Source: Longimicrobiales bacterium
GTDB lineage: Bacteria > Gemmatimonadota > Gemmatimonadetes > Longimicrobiales > Gaopeijiaceae
Direction: 5' to 3'
DNA length: 64,000 bases
NCBI GenBank assembly: GCA_965116905.1
Contig: OZ220732.1
Span: forward strand, 2,912,001-2,976,000
The position numbers were made by a program, and so were the translations under genes. Every line of letters begins with the position of its first letter. Within the stretch, counting starts at the first letter, position 1. Of this stretch, positions 10,398 through 18,791 are shown piece after piece. The notes under the pieces were generated by a model, which saw only the letters and a list, made by a program, of their open reading frames with translations, was not told the DNA's origin and ran no database searches.

Positions 10398-12829
10398 CCA
10401 AAGCGCGACCGTCGGCGGTGAACATGCCGTGGTGGCTGACCGCCGGGATCTTCGTGCTGACCACGGTGATCCTGTTCGGCGAGTTCATCTTCTCCGACCG
10501 GATGCTCTACGGCGGGGACACGCTCGCGCTGGGATACATGGCGCGCGCCTACTTCGCGGAACAACTTGCGGCGGGCGCCTTTCCGCTGTGGAATCCGCGG
10601 CTTCTTGGCGGAATCCCCTTCGTGGAAGCCCTCTCCGCCGGCGACTCGATCTACCCCACGAGTCTCCTGTACTACTTCATGGAGCCGTACCGGGCTCTGG
10701 GCTGGAAGCTCGTGCTCCATGTACTGGCGGGCGGGTTCTTCATGTACGGCTGGGCCCGCGGCCTGGGCCTGCAACGCCCGGCCGCCGCGCTCGGGGGGCT
10801 GGCCTGGCTGCTGGCCCCGGTCATCGTGACCCTCGTACTGCCCGGCAACGACGGCAAGCTCATGGTGGCGTCCCTCGCGCCCCTCGTCTTCTGGGCGGCC
10901 GACTCGGTCCTCCGCAGTCCCTCGGGGAAGACCGGCGCCGGGCTCGCGGGCGCCGTCGCCCTGGCCAGCCTGACCACTCAGTTCCAGACCGCGTACTTTC
11001 TCTTCGGTTCGGTCGGCGCCTACGCGGCATTTCGCACCGTACGGCTCTGGCGGGGCAGGGGACCGGGCGAGCGGGGCGTGCGGGAGGCGAGGGCGGCCCT
11101 TGCGCCGCTTGGTCTGTTCCTGCTGTGCGCGGTCCTGGGTGCAGGGATCGCGAGCGTCCAGCTGATACCCGCGGCGGAATACGTCACCGAGTCCTCCCGG
11201 CGCATTGCGACCACCCTCGAGGCCACGCCCGAAGAGGCGATCGCCTATTCGAGCTCCTGGTCATTGCACCCGGAAGAAGTGGCGGGCCTGATGGTTCCGG
11301 AGTTCGTGGGGAACAGCGGGGCCGAAGCCGACTGGGCTCGGGGGACCTACTGGGGACGGAACGCCTTCAAGGGCAACCACGAGTACCTGGGAATCCCCGT
11401 ATTGCTGCTCGCCGTGTTCGCGCTTTTCGGTCGGCGCCGGCGGGCCCTCAGGTGGTTCATGGCGGCGATGAGCCTGCTCTGGCTCCTCTTTGCGCTGGGC
11501 ACCCACACCCCCGTGTGGCGGCTCTTCTATGAAATCGTGCCCGGCATCTCGCTGTTCCGGGTTCCGTCGATAAGCGCTTTTCTGGTCAGCTTCGGTGCCA
11601 CCACGCTGTTCGCGCTCGGAGTCGACGACATGGTGCGCGAGCCCCCATCGCGCGCCGGGTTCTTCCGCACGCGGCGTGGCCAGGCCCTGCTCGCATGCCT
11701 GGGCTTGCTGGTCGTCGGCCTCCTCCTCCAGTCCTCGGGCGCGCTCGGGCGAATGTGGACGACACTGGTGTATCCGGATGCGGGCCCGCGCAGCCTGGCG
11801 ACGCTTGCAGCCGCTTCCCCCTTCATCACCCGCGGCTTCGTGATCGCGATCCTGCTGGCCGGCCTGACGATCGGCTCGCTGTGGGCCGGCCTTGAGCGCA
11901 AAGTGCCCCTCACCGCCGCGCTGGCTGCGCTGGGACTGCTCGTCGCGCTCGACCTCGGCCGGGTGGACCGGGCCTTCATCACCACATGGGACTTCCATGC
12001 CTGGGCGGCCGCCGACGACAACACGCGCTTCCTGCAGAACCGCCGCGAGACAGCCCCGCCGTTCCGGGTCGCGGACCTGCGGGGCGACGACCAGAACGTC
12101 GATCTGGCCATGTTCGGACTGGACCTGTTCGCGGGGCACCACCCGAACGACCTGGCCCGGTACCGCCAGCTTCTCGGCCTGGAGGCGAGCCGCCGGGAGG
12201 GCGCGAATACACGGCATCAGAACGTCCTGCGCCTGATGAACGTCAAGTACCTGGTCTGGCCCGAGGGGGCATTCGGCGGGCCTCCCTACGAGGGCGCTCC
12301 GCGCATGAGTTCGGCCCAAACCGCGAGGGGGCTCGAGGCGGTCTATGCCTACCCGGGGCTGGACCGGGCCTGGCTCGCGGGAGCGACCACGGTGCTGGAC
12401 GACGATCGCGCTATCGAGCGGATCCTGTCCGCCGACTTCGATCCCGCGGCCGAGGCCGTCCTCTCCAACGCCGTGCCGATCGCCCCCGTGTCCGACGCCT
12501 CGGGCTCGGTCGAGTGGGAGATGGATACACCGGGGCACCGCACGCTCACGGTCCGGAGCGATGGCCCGGCTCTGCTGGTCGTTTCCGAAAACTGGTTCCC
12601 CGGGTGGGAGGCCGAGGTCGATGGCCGGCAAACGCCCGTGCACCGGGTCAACCTCACGCTGCAGGCCGTGGAGATCCCCGGGCCGGGCGTCCATAGCGTC
12701 ACGCTGCGCTTCACGGCCCCCTCCGTCCGCAATGCACTGCGGGTCAGCATCGCGTGCGCGGTGGCAACCCTGCTGCTCCTGACGGTGTCCCTGGTTCCCG
12801 CGCGGCTGCGGCAACGGAAGCGGGATTGA
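10394..12829 (+). CDS. YfhO-like polytopic membrane protein (GT-C-fold glycosyltransferase)
   Basis: PLWNP..LGGIPF, YLG, FRVP, many TMs, C-terminal LVVSENWFPGWEAEVDG typical of YfhO. Confidence 0.82.
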   Translation: MTKARPSAVNMPWWLTAGIFVLTTVILFGEFIFSDRMLYGGDTLALGYMARAYFAEQLAAGAFPLWNPRLLGGIPFVEALSAGDSIYPTSLLYYFMEPYRALGWKLVLHVLAGGFFMYGWARGLGLQRPAAALGGLAWLLAPVIVTLVLPGNDGKLMVASLAPLVFWAADSVLRSPSGKTGAGLAGAVALASLTTQFQTAYFLFGSVGAYAAFRTVRLWRGRGPGERGVREARAALAPLGLFLLCAVLGAGIASVQLIPAAEYVTESSRRIATTLEATPEEAIAYSSSWSLHPEEVAGLMVPEFVGNSGAEADWARGTYWGRNAFKGNHEYLGIPVLLLAVFALFGRRRRALRWFMAAMSLLWLLFALGTHTPVWRLFYEIVPGISLFRVPSISAFLVSFGATTLFALGVDDMVREPPSRAGFFRTRRGQALLACLGLLVVGLLLQSSGALGRMWTTLVYPDAGPRSLATLAAASPFITRGFVIAILLAGLTIGSLWAGLERKVPLTAALAALGLLVALDLGRVDRAFITTWDFHAWAAADDNTRFLQNRRETAPPFRVADLRGDDQNVDLAMFGLDLFAGHHPNDLARYRQLLGLEASRREGANTRHQNVLRLMNVKYLVWPEGAFGGPPYEGAPRMSSAQTARGLEAVYAYPGLDRAWLAGATTVLDDDRAIERILSADFDPAAEAVLSNAVPIAPVSDASGSVEWEMDTPGHRTLTVRSDGPALLVVSENWFPGWEAEVDGRQTPVHRVNLTLQAVEIPGPGVHSVTLRFTAPSVRNALRVSIACAVATLLLLTVSLVPARLRQRKRD

Positions 12830-13788
12830 CGCTCTCCGGGGAAGCGCGCGCCGGGTTGGGCCGGAAGCACGCGCGGCGGTGGGGCGCTGCGGCGGCCAAG
12901 GCTGCCCTTGCGGTCGCCGTGACATGGCTGATCCTGCGGGCCGCGGGTGTTCGCCTCGCCGAGGCCGGTTCCAATATCGACTGGTCGCTTCTGCGACCGG
13001 ACATTCCCGTCCTGCTCCTGTCGATGGCGGCCCTCTTCGCCGCATTTGCCCTGCAGGCCCGGCTGTGGGCCTGGCTCCTGACCCATTTCGGAGGACCGCC
13101 GGTTCGGCTCGTGGTGGCCACGGCGATCATCCTCGTGGCCAACATGGGGAGGTACATCCCTGGCAAGATCTTCCAACTGGCGGGCCTGGCCCTGCTCGCC
13201 AGGCGTGAAGGCGCATCCGGGGTGCAGGCCGGCGTGGCCGCGGTCACGGGACAGGTCCTGAATCTCCTGGCGGCCGCGCTGGTGGGTGGATGGGCGGCCT
13301 ACGCCGCCGGTTCGATCCCGCCCGGGATCGGCCTCGCCGCGGGATTGGCGGTCGTGCTGGGTGTCGCCGTTCTGGTGGGCACAGGCTGGGCCGGAAGGGT
13401 GCTGCGCTGGATGCTGCGGCGCAGCGGTCACGAACAGGACGTGGCGTTGCCTGGGCGGAGGGTCCTCGGACTCTGTCTGGCCGGATACGTCGCGGGCTGG
13501 GCCGCGTATGGCCTCGCGTTCTTCTGGCTGGCCCGCGGTGCCGGCCTCGATATCCCGCTCGCCACCGCCATCACGGCCTTCTCCGGCGCCTATTTCGTCG
13601 GCTACATTTCTCTGGTACCCGGGGGTATCGGGGTCCGGGAAGGAGGTCTTTACGTGCTCCTTGTTTCGGTGCTGGGACCTCAGGGCAGCCTGGTATTGGC
13701 CGGACTGCAGCGCGTGTGGATCACGGTTGGCGAGCTCCTGGGAGCCGTGGGCGGCACAGCGCTACTGAAGATGCGGGGGCGGGCATGA
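12826..13788 (+). CDS. UPF0104/lysylphosphatidylglycerol-synthase TM-domain protein (putative flippase)
   Basis: GRYIPGKI, PGGIGVREG, R.W motifs; ~8 TMs; start approximate. Confidence 0.78.
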   Translation: MTLSGEARAGLGRKHARRWGAAAAKAALAVAVTWLILRAAGVRLAEAGSNIDWSLLRPDIPVLLLSMAALFAAFALQARLWAWLLTHFGGPPVRLVVATAIILVANMGRYIPGKIFQLAGLALLARREGASGVQAGVAAVTGQVLNLLAAALVGGWAAYAAGSIPPGIGLAAGLAVVLGVAVLVGTGWAGRVLRWMLRRSGHEQDVALPGRRVLGLCLAGYVAGWAAYGLAFFWLARGAGLDIPLATAITAFSGAYFVGYISLVPGGIGVREGGLYVLLVSVLGPQGSLVLAGLQRVWITVGELLGAVGGTALLKMRGRA

Positions 13789-14516
13789 CAGATTCCGAAC
13801 GCGTGCTGGTCGTGATTCCCACGTACAACGAGCGCGACAACCTGCCGCGCATCGTCCCGCAGGTGCTGGAGCAGGGAGACGCGTTGCACGTGCTCGTAGT
13901 CGACGACAACTCGCCCGACGGAACCGGTGACATCGCTGACCAGCTGGCGGCCGGCAACGAACGGGTCGCCGTGCTCCACCGACCGGGAAAGCAGGGCCTG
14001 GGCGCGGCTTACGTTGCCGGGTTCAAGTGGGGATTGAAGAGAGATTTCGACGCGTTCGTGGAGATGGACGCCGATCTCTCCCACCCGCCGGCCATGCTGC
14101 CCGTGATCCTGGACGAGATCCGGCGGGACATCGACGTCGTGGTGGGCTCCCGATACCTGGGCGGCCGGATCACGGTGGTGAACTGGCCGATGCGGCGTCT
14201 GATGATCAGCCTCTTCGGGTCGTGGTACGCGCGGGTGATCACCCGCCTTCCGGTTCGCGACGCCACCGGTGGCTTCAACGCCTTCCGGCGCCGCGTCCTC
14301 GAGCGCGTCCGCCTGGACCGGATCCAGTCGAACGGATACAGCTTTCAGATCGAGCTGAAGCTGAGGGCGTGGCGAGGGGGCTTCGAGTTGCGCGAGGTGC
14401 CCTTCGTCTTCACCGAACGGGACAGCGGCGAGTCCAAGATGTCGAAGAACATCATCTGGGAAGCCGTGTGGCGGGTCTGGAAGCTGCGCATTCTGGATCT
14501 GCTGGGACGCCTCTGA
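13785..14516 (+). CDS. Polyprenol monophosphomannose synthase (DPM1/Ppm1-like GT2)
   Basis: IPTYNERDN, VDDNSPDGTG, GLGAAY, EMDADLSH, GSRY, DATGGF, GYSFQIE, ER..GESKMS. Confidence 0.9.
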   Translation: MTDSERVLVVIPTYNERDNLPRIVPQVLEQGDALHVLVVDDNSPDGTGDIADQLAAGNERVAVLHRPGKQGLGAAYVAGFKWGLKRDFDAFVEMDADLSHPPAMLPVILDEIRRDIDVVVGSRYLGGRITVVNWPMRRLMISLFGSWYARVITRLPVRDATGGFNAFRRRVLERVRLDRIQSNGYSFQIELKLRAWRGGFELREVPFVFTERDSGESKMSKNIIWEAVWRVWKLRILDLLGRL

Positions 14517-14527
14517 CAGCCCGAGCC

Positions 14528-15145
14528 ATGGCGCTCATCGATCTGTGCTACCGGTGTCCACAGTGCGGCCACGACCCGATGAGCGGGGAAGGGGACGCGG
14601 CCTGGTGCGCATCCTGCGGCATTCGGCTCGAGCGCAGCCGCGGCCGACTCCTGCTGTCGCTTCCGGACGGCGACAAGCGGTTCGACGTCAGCGCGGCCGA
14701 CCTGTGCCGGCGGATCGACGAACACGGCGGCCCGGTCAGCCGTGCGACCAGGGACGACGGTACGCTGGAATACTCGGCCCGCGCGCGGATTTCCTGGCGG
14801 GTCGCGGAGCGGGCCGTTCGGTACCGCGGGGTGTTGCGGGGCTTCGCCGAGAGCATGGGCCCCGCGGCGCCGGGCACCATCACTGTCGACCGCGAACGGG
14901 TACATGTGGGGTGCGGCGACCGACGCGCCGGAAGCTGGCGCCATCTCGACCTTGGCGCGGTCCAGGCGTCGTCCTCTTCGCTGCAGCTGTCGCTGCCGGG
15001 TGACCAGCTCGTCCAGCTCCGTTTCGTTGACGATTCGCCCAGGCGCTGGGAAACCCTGATGCGGCGGCTGATCAGCGACGCGTACGAGCGCGCGGGGCGG
15101 GGCACGGTGGTGGAATTCCAGCCCAGGATCGTCACACGATGGTAG
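14528..15145 (+). CDS. Hypothetical protein with N-terminal zinc ribbon (CPQC...CASC)
   Basis: ATG 14528 in ORF 14027..15145; fills the gap in the operon; two CxxC pairs. Confidence 0.7.
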   Translation: MALIDLCYRCPQCGHDPMSGEGDAAWCASCGIRLERSRGRLLLSLPDGDKRFDVSAADLCRRIDEHGGPVSRATRDDGTLEYSARARISWRVAERAVRYRGVLRGFAESMGPAAPGTITVDRERVHVGCGDRRAGSWRHLDLGAVQASSSSLQLSLPGDQLVQLRFVDDSPRRWETLMRRLISDAYERAGRGTVVEFQPRIVTRW

Positions 15146-15152
15146 GCGCCCA

Positions 15153-15803
15153 ATGGTAGGCGGCTGGTATGCGTTCTTCCGGTTCGCGTTCGGGTGGATC
15201 GGGAAGGTGCTGGCCCGGTGCCGCGTGTCGGGCACGTCGCACATCCCCCGCAAAGGGGCCTTCATCCTGGTCGCGAACCACGAGAGCATCCTCGATCCGC
15301 TCCTCATACAGACGAACTGCCGCCGCACCGTCCATTTCTTCGCGAAGAGCACACAGTTCGGGGCGAACGCCCTGTTCGCCTGGTTCCTGCCCCGTGTCGC
15401 GGCCATTCCGGCCCGCCGCTACCGGGTCGATCCGCAATCGGTCCGCACCGCGCTCAGGGCCCTGGACCACGGCGACGGCGTGGGCATCTACCTGGAGGGA
15501 GAGCGCAGCTGGGAGGGCGCGCTGCGGCCCTTCCGGCGCGGGTCCATCCGCCTGATCCTGAAAGCGGGCGTGCCCGTGGTCCCGTGCCACATATCCGGCA
15601 CCTACGACGCGTGGCCGCGCTGGACCCGTTCCAGGTGGCGGTCGCCCGTTCACATTCGCTACGGCGAGCCGCTGCACTTCGGCGTGCACGAAACGCGGGC
15701 CGAACGGGAATCGGCGCTGGAGCCCGCCACCCGACGCCTGCGCCAGGCCCTGCTCGGATTGGCCGGGGAGCGTCCCGACCGACCGTGGCCCACTGGCGCC
15801 TGA
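15153..15803 (+). CDS. 1-acyl-sn-glycerol-3-phosphate acyltransferase (PlsC family)
   Basis: NHESILD (HX4D), FAK, YLEGERS, PVVP. Confidence 0.88.
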   Translation: MVGGWYAFFRFAFGWIGKVLARCRVSGTSHIPRKGAFILVANHESILDPLLIQTNCRRTVHFFAKSTQFGANALFAWFLPRVAAIPARRYRVDPQSVRTALRALDHGDGVGIYLEGERSWEGALRPFRRGSIRLILKAGVPVVPCHISGTYDAWPRWTRSRWRSPVHIRYGEPLHFGVHETRAERESALEPATRRLRQALLGLAGERPDRPWPTGA

Positions 15804-15829
15804 CGCCGAACGCAGCGAGTATTCCGGTC

Positions 15830-16756
15830 ATGCGCTCGGCACTTCTGTGGGTCTCGGAGAACAGGTGGTGCTCCAACACGCTGCCCCGGTACGGGTTTGT
15901 ACGAAGGGCCGTGCGCAGGTTCATGCCCGGCGAAACCCTGGGAGACGCGCTCGACGCCGCCAGAGGGCTGGAACGGGCGCGGGGAATCCCGACGCTGATC
16001 ACTTTCCTCGGCGAAAACGTCGCGGACCGGGCCGAAGCGCGGGCGGTTGCCGACCACTACGTACAGGCCGCCGCCGAAGTCGCTTCGCGTGGCCTCGACG
16101 CCGAGTTGTCCGTAAAGCCCACGCACCTGGGCCTCGATCTGGGGATCGACGTCGCCGAGGAGAATCTGCGGCTGATCACGCGCTCTGCGGAGGCCCACGG
16201 GAACTGGGTCTGGATCGACATGGAGTACAGCCGGTATGTGGATCCGACCCTCGATCTCTACCGCTCCATCCGCACCGACCACGACAATTTCGGCATCTGT
16301 CTGCAGTCCTACCTCTATCGCACCCCGGCCGACCTCGAGTCGCTCATCCCGATGGGCCCTGCCATACGGATGGTGAAGGGCGCCTACGCCGAACCCGCCG
16401 AAATCGCGTTTCCCGAAAAGAGGGACGTCGACCAGGCATTCTTCGACCTGACGACGCGCATGCTCGCCCCCGACGCGCTCGCGGCGGGAATGCGCGCCGG
16501 TCTGGCCACGCACGATACGGCGCTGATCGCCCGAATCGACGAATGGGCGCAGTCGAACGGCGTTGCATCCGAAGCCTACGAATACCAGATGCTGTATGGC
16601 ATCTCACAGAGGGAACAGGTCCGTCTCGCCCGGATGGGGCGGGGAGTGCGCGTTCTCATCAGCTACGGCGAACACTGGTTCCCGTGGTACGTGAGGCGGC
16701 TGGCCGAACGCCCTGCCAACGTCGCCTTCGTCGTCCGCAGCATGCTTCCATGGTGA
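15830..16756 (+). CDS. Monofunctional proline dehydrogenase
   Basis: RRFMPGE, SVKPTHLGL, IDME, LQSYLYR, RMVKGAY.E, ATHD, QMLYG, RRLAERPAN. Confidence 0.93.
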   Translation: MRSALLWVSENRWCSNTLPRYGFVRRAVRRFMPGETLGDALDAARGLERARGIPTLITFLGENVADRAEARAVADHYVQAAAEVASRGLDAELSVKPTHLGLDLGIDVAEENLRLITRSAEAHGNWVWIDMEYSRYVDPTLDLYRSIRTDHDNFGICLQSYLYRTPADLESLIPMGPAIRMVKGAYAEPAEIAFPEKRDVDQAFFDLTTRMLAPDALAAGMRAGLATHDTALIARIDEWAQSNGVASEAYEYQMLYGISQREQVRLARMGRGVRVLISYGEHWFPWYVRRLAERPANVAFVVRSMLPW

Positions 16757-17916
16757 ACGTCCCAATGAACACAAGTCATCGTCCGCCCGCTCGCATTCGT
16801 CCGCCCGTTGTTCGCATTCGTCCGCCTGCCCGCCGATGGGTCGGCGTATGCGTCCTGTCGGCGTGCCTCGGCAGTGCTGCGTGCGAAACCGCTGAGGCCC
16901 CGAGTGCGGCCGAGCATCCGAGTGTCGTCGCCGCCCGCGCCCTGGTGGACTCGGTGATGGAGGCAAACGCGATCCCCGGTCTGTCCGTGGCCGTTGGAAG
17001 GGATTCAGAAGTCATGTGGTCAGAAGGTTTTGGGTATTCGGACTTGACTCACGACGTAAGAGTGACGCCCGCCACGAAGTTCCGCGTCGGAAGCGTGTCC
17101 AAGCCGATAACGGCGGCGGCGATCGGCGTGCTCCTGGAAGAGGGTGCGCTGGACCTGGACGCGCCGGTGCAGACGTACGTGCCGTCCTTTCCGGAGAAGC
17201 AGTGGCCGGTCACCACCAGGCTGCTGGCGGGGCACCTGGGGGGAATCCGGCACTACGAGGGGGACGAGAACTTCTCTTCGGTCCGCTATCCGACCGTCCT
17301 GTCCGGCCTCGCCATCTTCCAGGACGACCCGCTGATCAACGAGCCGGGCACCGAGTATTCCTACTCGTCATATGCATGGAATCTGATCAGCGCGGTGATC
17401 GAGGGCGCCAGTGGCGAGGCGTTCCTGGACTACATGGACAGGGTGGTGTTCGATCCGCTGGCGATGGAGCACACGGTGGCGGGCCACACGGACAGCATCA
17501 TCCCGAATCGGACGCGTTTCTACACTCTGTCGCCCACGGGCGAGGTCCTGAACGCCCCGTACGTCGACAACAGCTACAAATGGGCGGGCGGGGGATTCCT
17601 CTCGACGCCGGAGGATCTGTTGCGCTTTGCGAACGGCCACCTGGAGCCCGGTTTCCTGCAGGCGGAGACGCTGGAGCTGCTGTTCGCCTCCCAGCGAACG
17701 CGGGACGGGACCGAGACGGGATACGGTTTGGGCTGGCGCTCCAGCACCAACTCGCATGGCGAACGAATCGTGTCGCACGGCGGCGGATCGGTCGGTGGGC
17801 GCACGATGCTAACCATGAATCGGGACAACGGGCTCATCGTGGCCATCGTTGCGAATCTGTCCAGCGCGCCCATGACGGGCGAACTGGCAGGGGGGATCGA
17901 GGAACTGTTCCGATAG
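16750..17916 (+). CDS. Serine hydrolase / beta-lactamase-family lipoprotein
   Basis: FRVGSVSK (SxxK), YSYSS, HGG; lipobox-like GSAAC; start could be 16765. Confidence 0.88.
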   Translation: MVNVPMNTSHRPPARIRPPVVRIRPPARRWVGVCVLSACLGSAACETAEAPSAAEHPSVVAARALVDSVMEANAIPGLSVAVGRDSEVMWSEGFGYSDLTHDVRVTPATKFRVGSVSKPITAAAIGVLLEEGALDLDAPVQTYVPSFPEKQWPVTTRLLAGHLGGIRHYEGDENFSSVRYPTVLSGLAIFQDDPLINEPGTEYSYSSYAWNLISAVIEGASGEAFLDYMDRVVFDPLAMEHTVAGHTDSIIPNRTRFYTLSPTGEVLNAPYVDNSYKWAGGGFLSTPEDLLRFANGHLEPGFLQAETLELLFASQRTRDGTETGYGLGWRSSTNSHGERIVSHGGGSVGGRTMLTMNRDNGLIVAIVANLSSAPMTGELAGGIEELFR

Positions 17917-17976
17917 CCGAGGGCAGGGACCGGTCGGGATTCCCATTGTGTTAGGTCGTGATGCTGAAAATGCACG

Positions 17977-18004
17977 ACTTTACATAATACATATTATGCG
18001 ACAT
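17977..18004 (-). other. dif-like XerC/XerD chromosome dimer resolution site
   Basis: Minus strand reads ATGTCGCATAA-TATGTA-TTATGTAAAGT, an 11-6-11 layout resembling E. coli/B. subtilis dif; AT-rich island between convergent genes. Confidence 0.88.
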
Positions 18005-18039
18005 AATAGGGCGAAGCGTGGAAAAACCTCCGGGTCCGC

Positions 18040-18738
18040 CTAGTTCAGCGCCGCCGCCATCTCCGCCCGCCGCATCTCCACGAGCCCGCGCTCGGGATCC
18101 CCTTCCTCCATTTCCTCCAGCAGACGGTCGTAGATCTCCAGCGCGGCCTCGTAGTCGCCCTGGCTCGCTTGCAGCCGAGCCTCGTCCGCGAGGGCGTCGC
18201 GTGTCACAAAGCTCAGGCGGGCCCGTTCGGCGAGCCGTTCGTACAACCCCTCGGCCATCTGGAGGTTGCCGGCGTCTTCGGAGATGGCGGCGAGGAGTGC
18301 CGCAGCCTGGGCCCCCAACGGGTTCCCGACATCGCCGGCAATCGGCTCCAGCACCTCGATGGCCGCGTCGAGGTCGCCGAGATCAGCGGTCACCTGACCC
18401 AGCGTTAGTCGCGCTTCACCCGCCGAAGAGGTGCTTCCGAAGCGCTCCAGGTACACCTGCAGGTCGGCCTGGACGCCGGCCTGATCTCCAGCGTCGAGGC
18501 GCAACTGCAGATCCTCGAGCCGTGCGGCCGCCGTTTCTCCCAGGTCGGCCCGGTAGCGCGCGTAGTACACGAGGGCGACGACGCCCAAAGCCACCAGGAT
18601 GACACCGGCGGTCAGTGTCGGCCTGTTGCGCTGGGCCCAGTTGCTGACTTCCAGTGTCTTGGCGACGAAGGCGTCCTCCTGGTCGACCGGATTGACGGGT
18701 TTGCTGGGTCGGGACCCGGGTTTGCGGTATTTTGTCAT
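18040..18738 (-). CDS. Membrane-anchored TPR protein (YfgM-like)
   Basis: Short N-terminus, one TM, then TPR-like helices (YLERFGSTSSAGEARLTLG). Confidence 0.75.
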   Translation of the reverse strand: MTKYRKPGSRPSKPVNPVDQEDAFVAKTLEVSNWAQRNRPTLTAGVILVALGVVALVYYARYRADLGETAAARLEDLQLRLDAGDQAGVQADLQVYLERFGSTSSAGEARLTLGQVTADLGDLDAAIEVLEPIAGDVGNPLGAQAAALLAAISEDAGNLQMAEGLYERLAERARLSFVTRDALADEARLQASQGDYEAALEIYDRLLEEMEEGDPERGLVEMRRAEMAAALN

Positions 18739-18791
18739 CGGATCACGTCGTTTAGCCGGACTGTCGTCGTTTAGCCGCACTGTCGCGTAGC

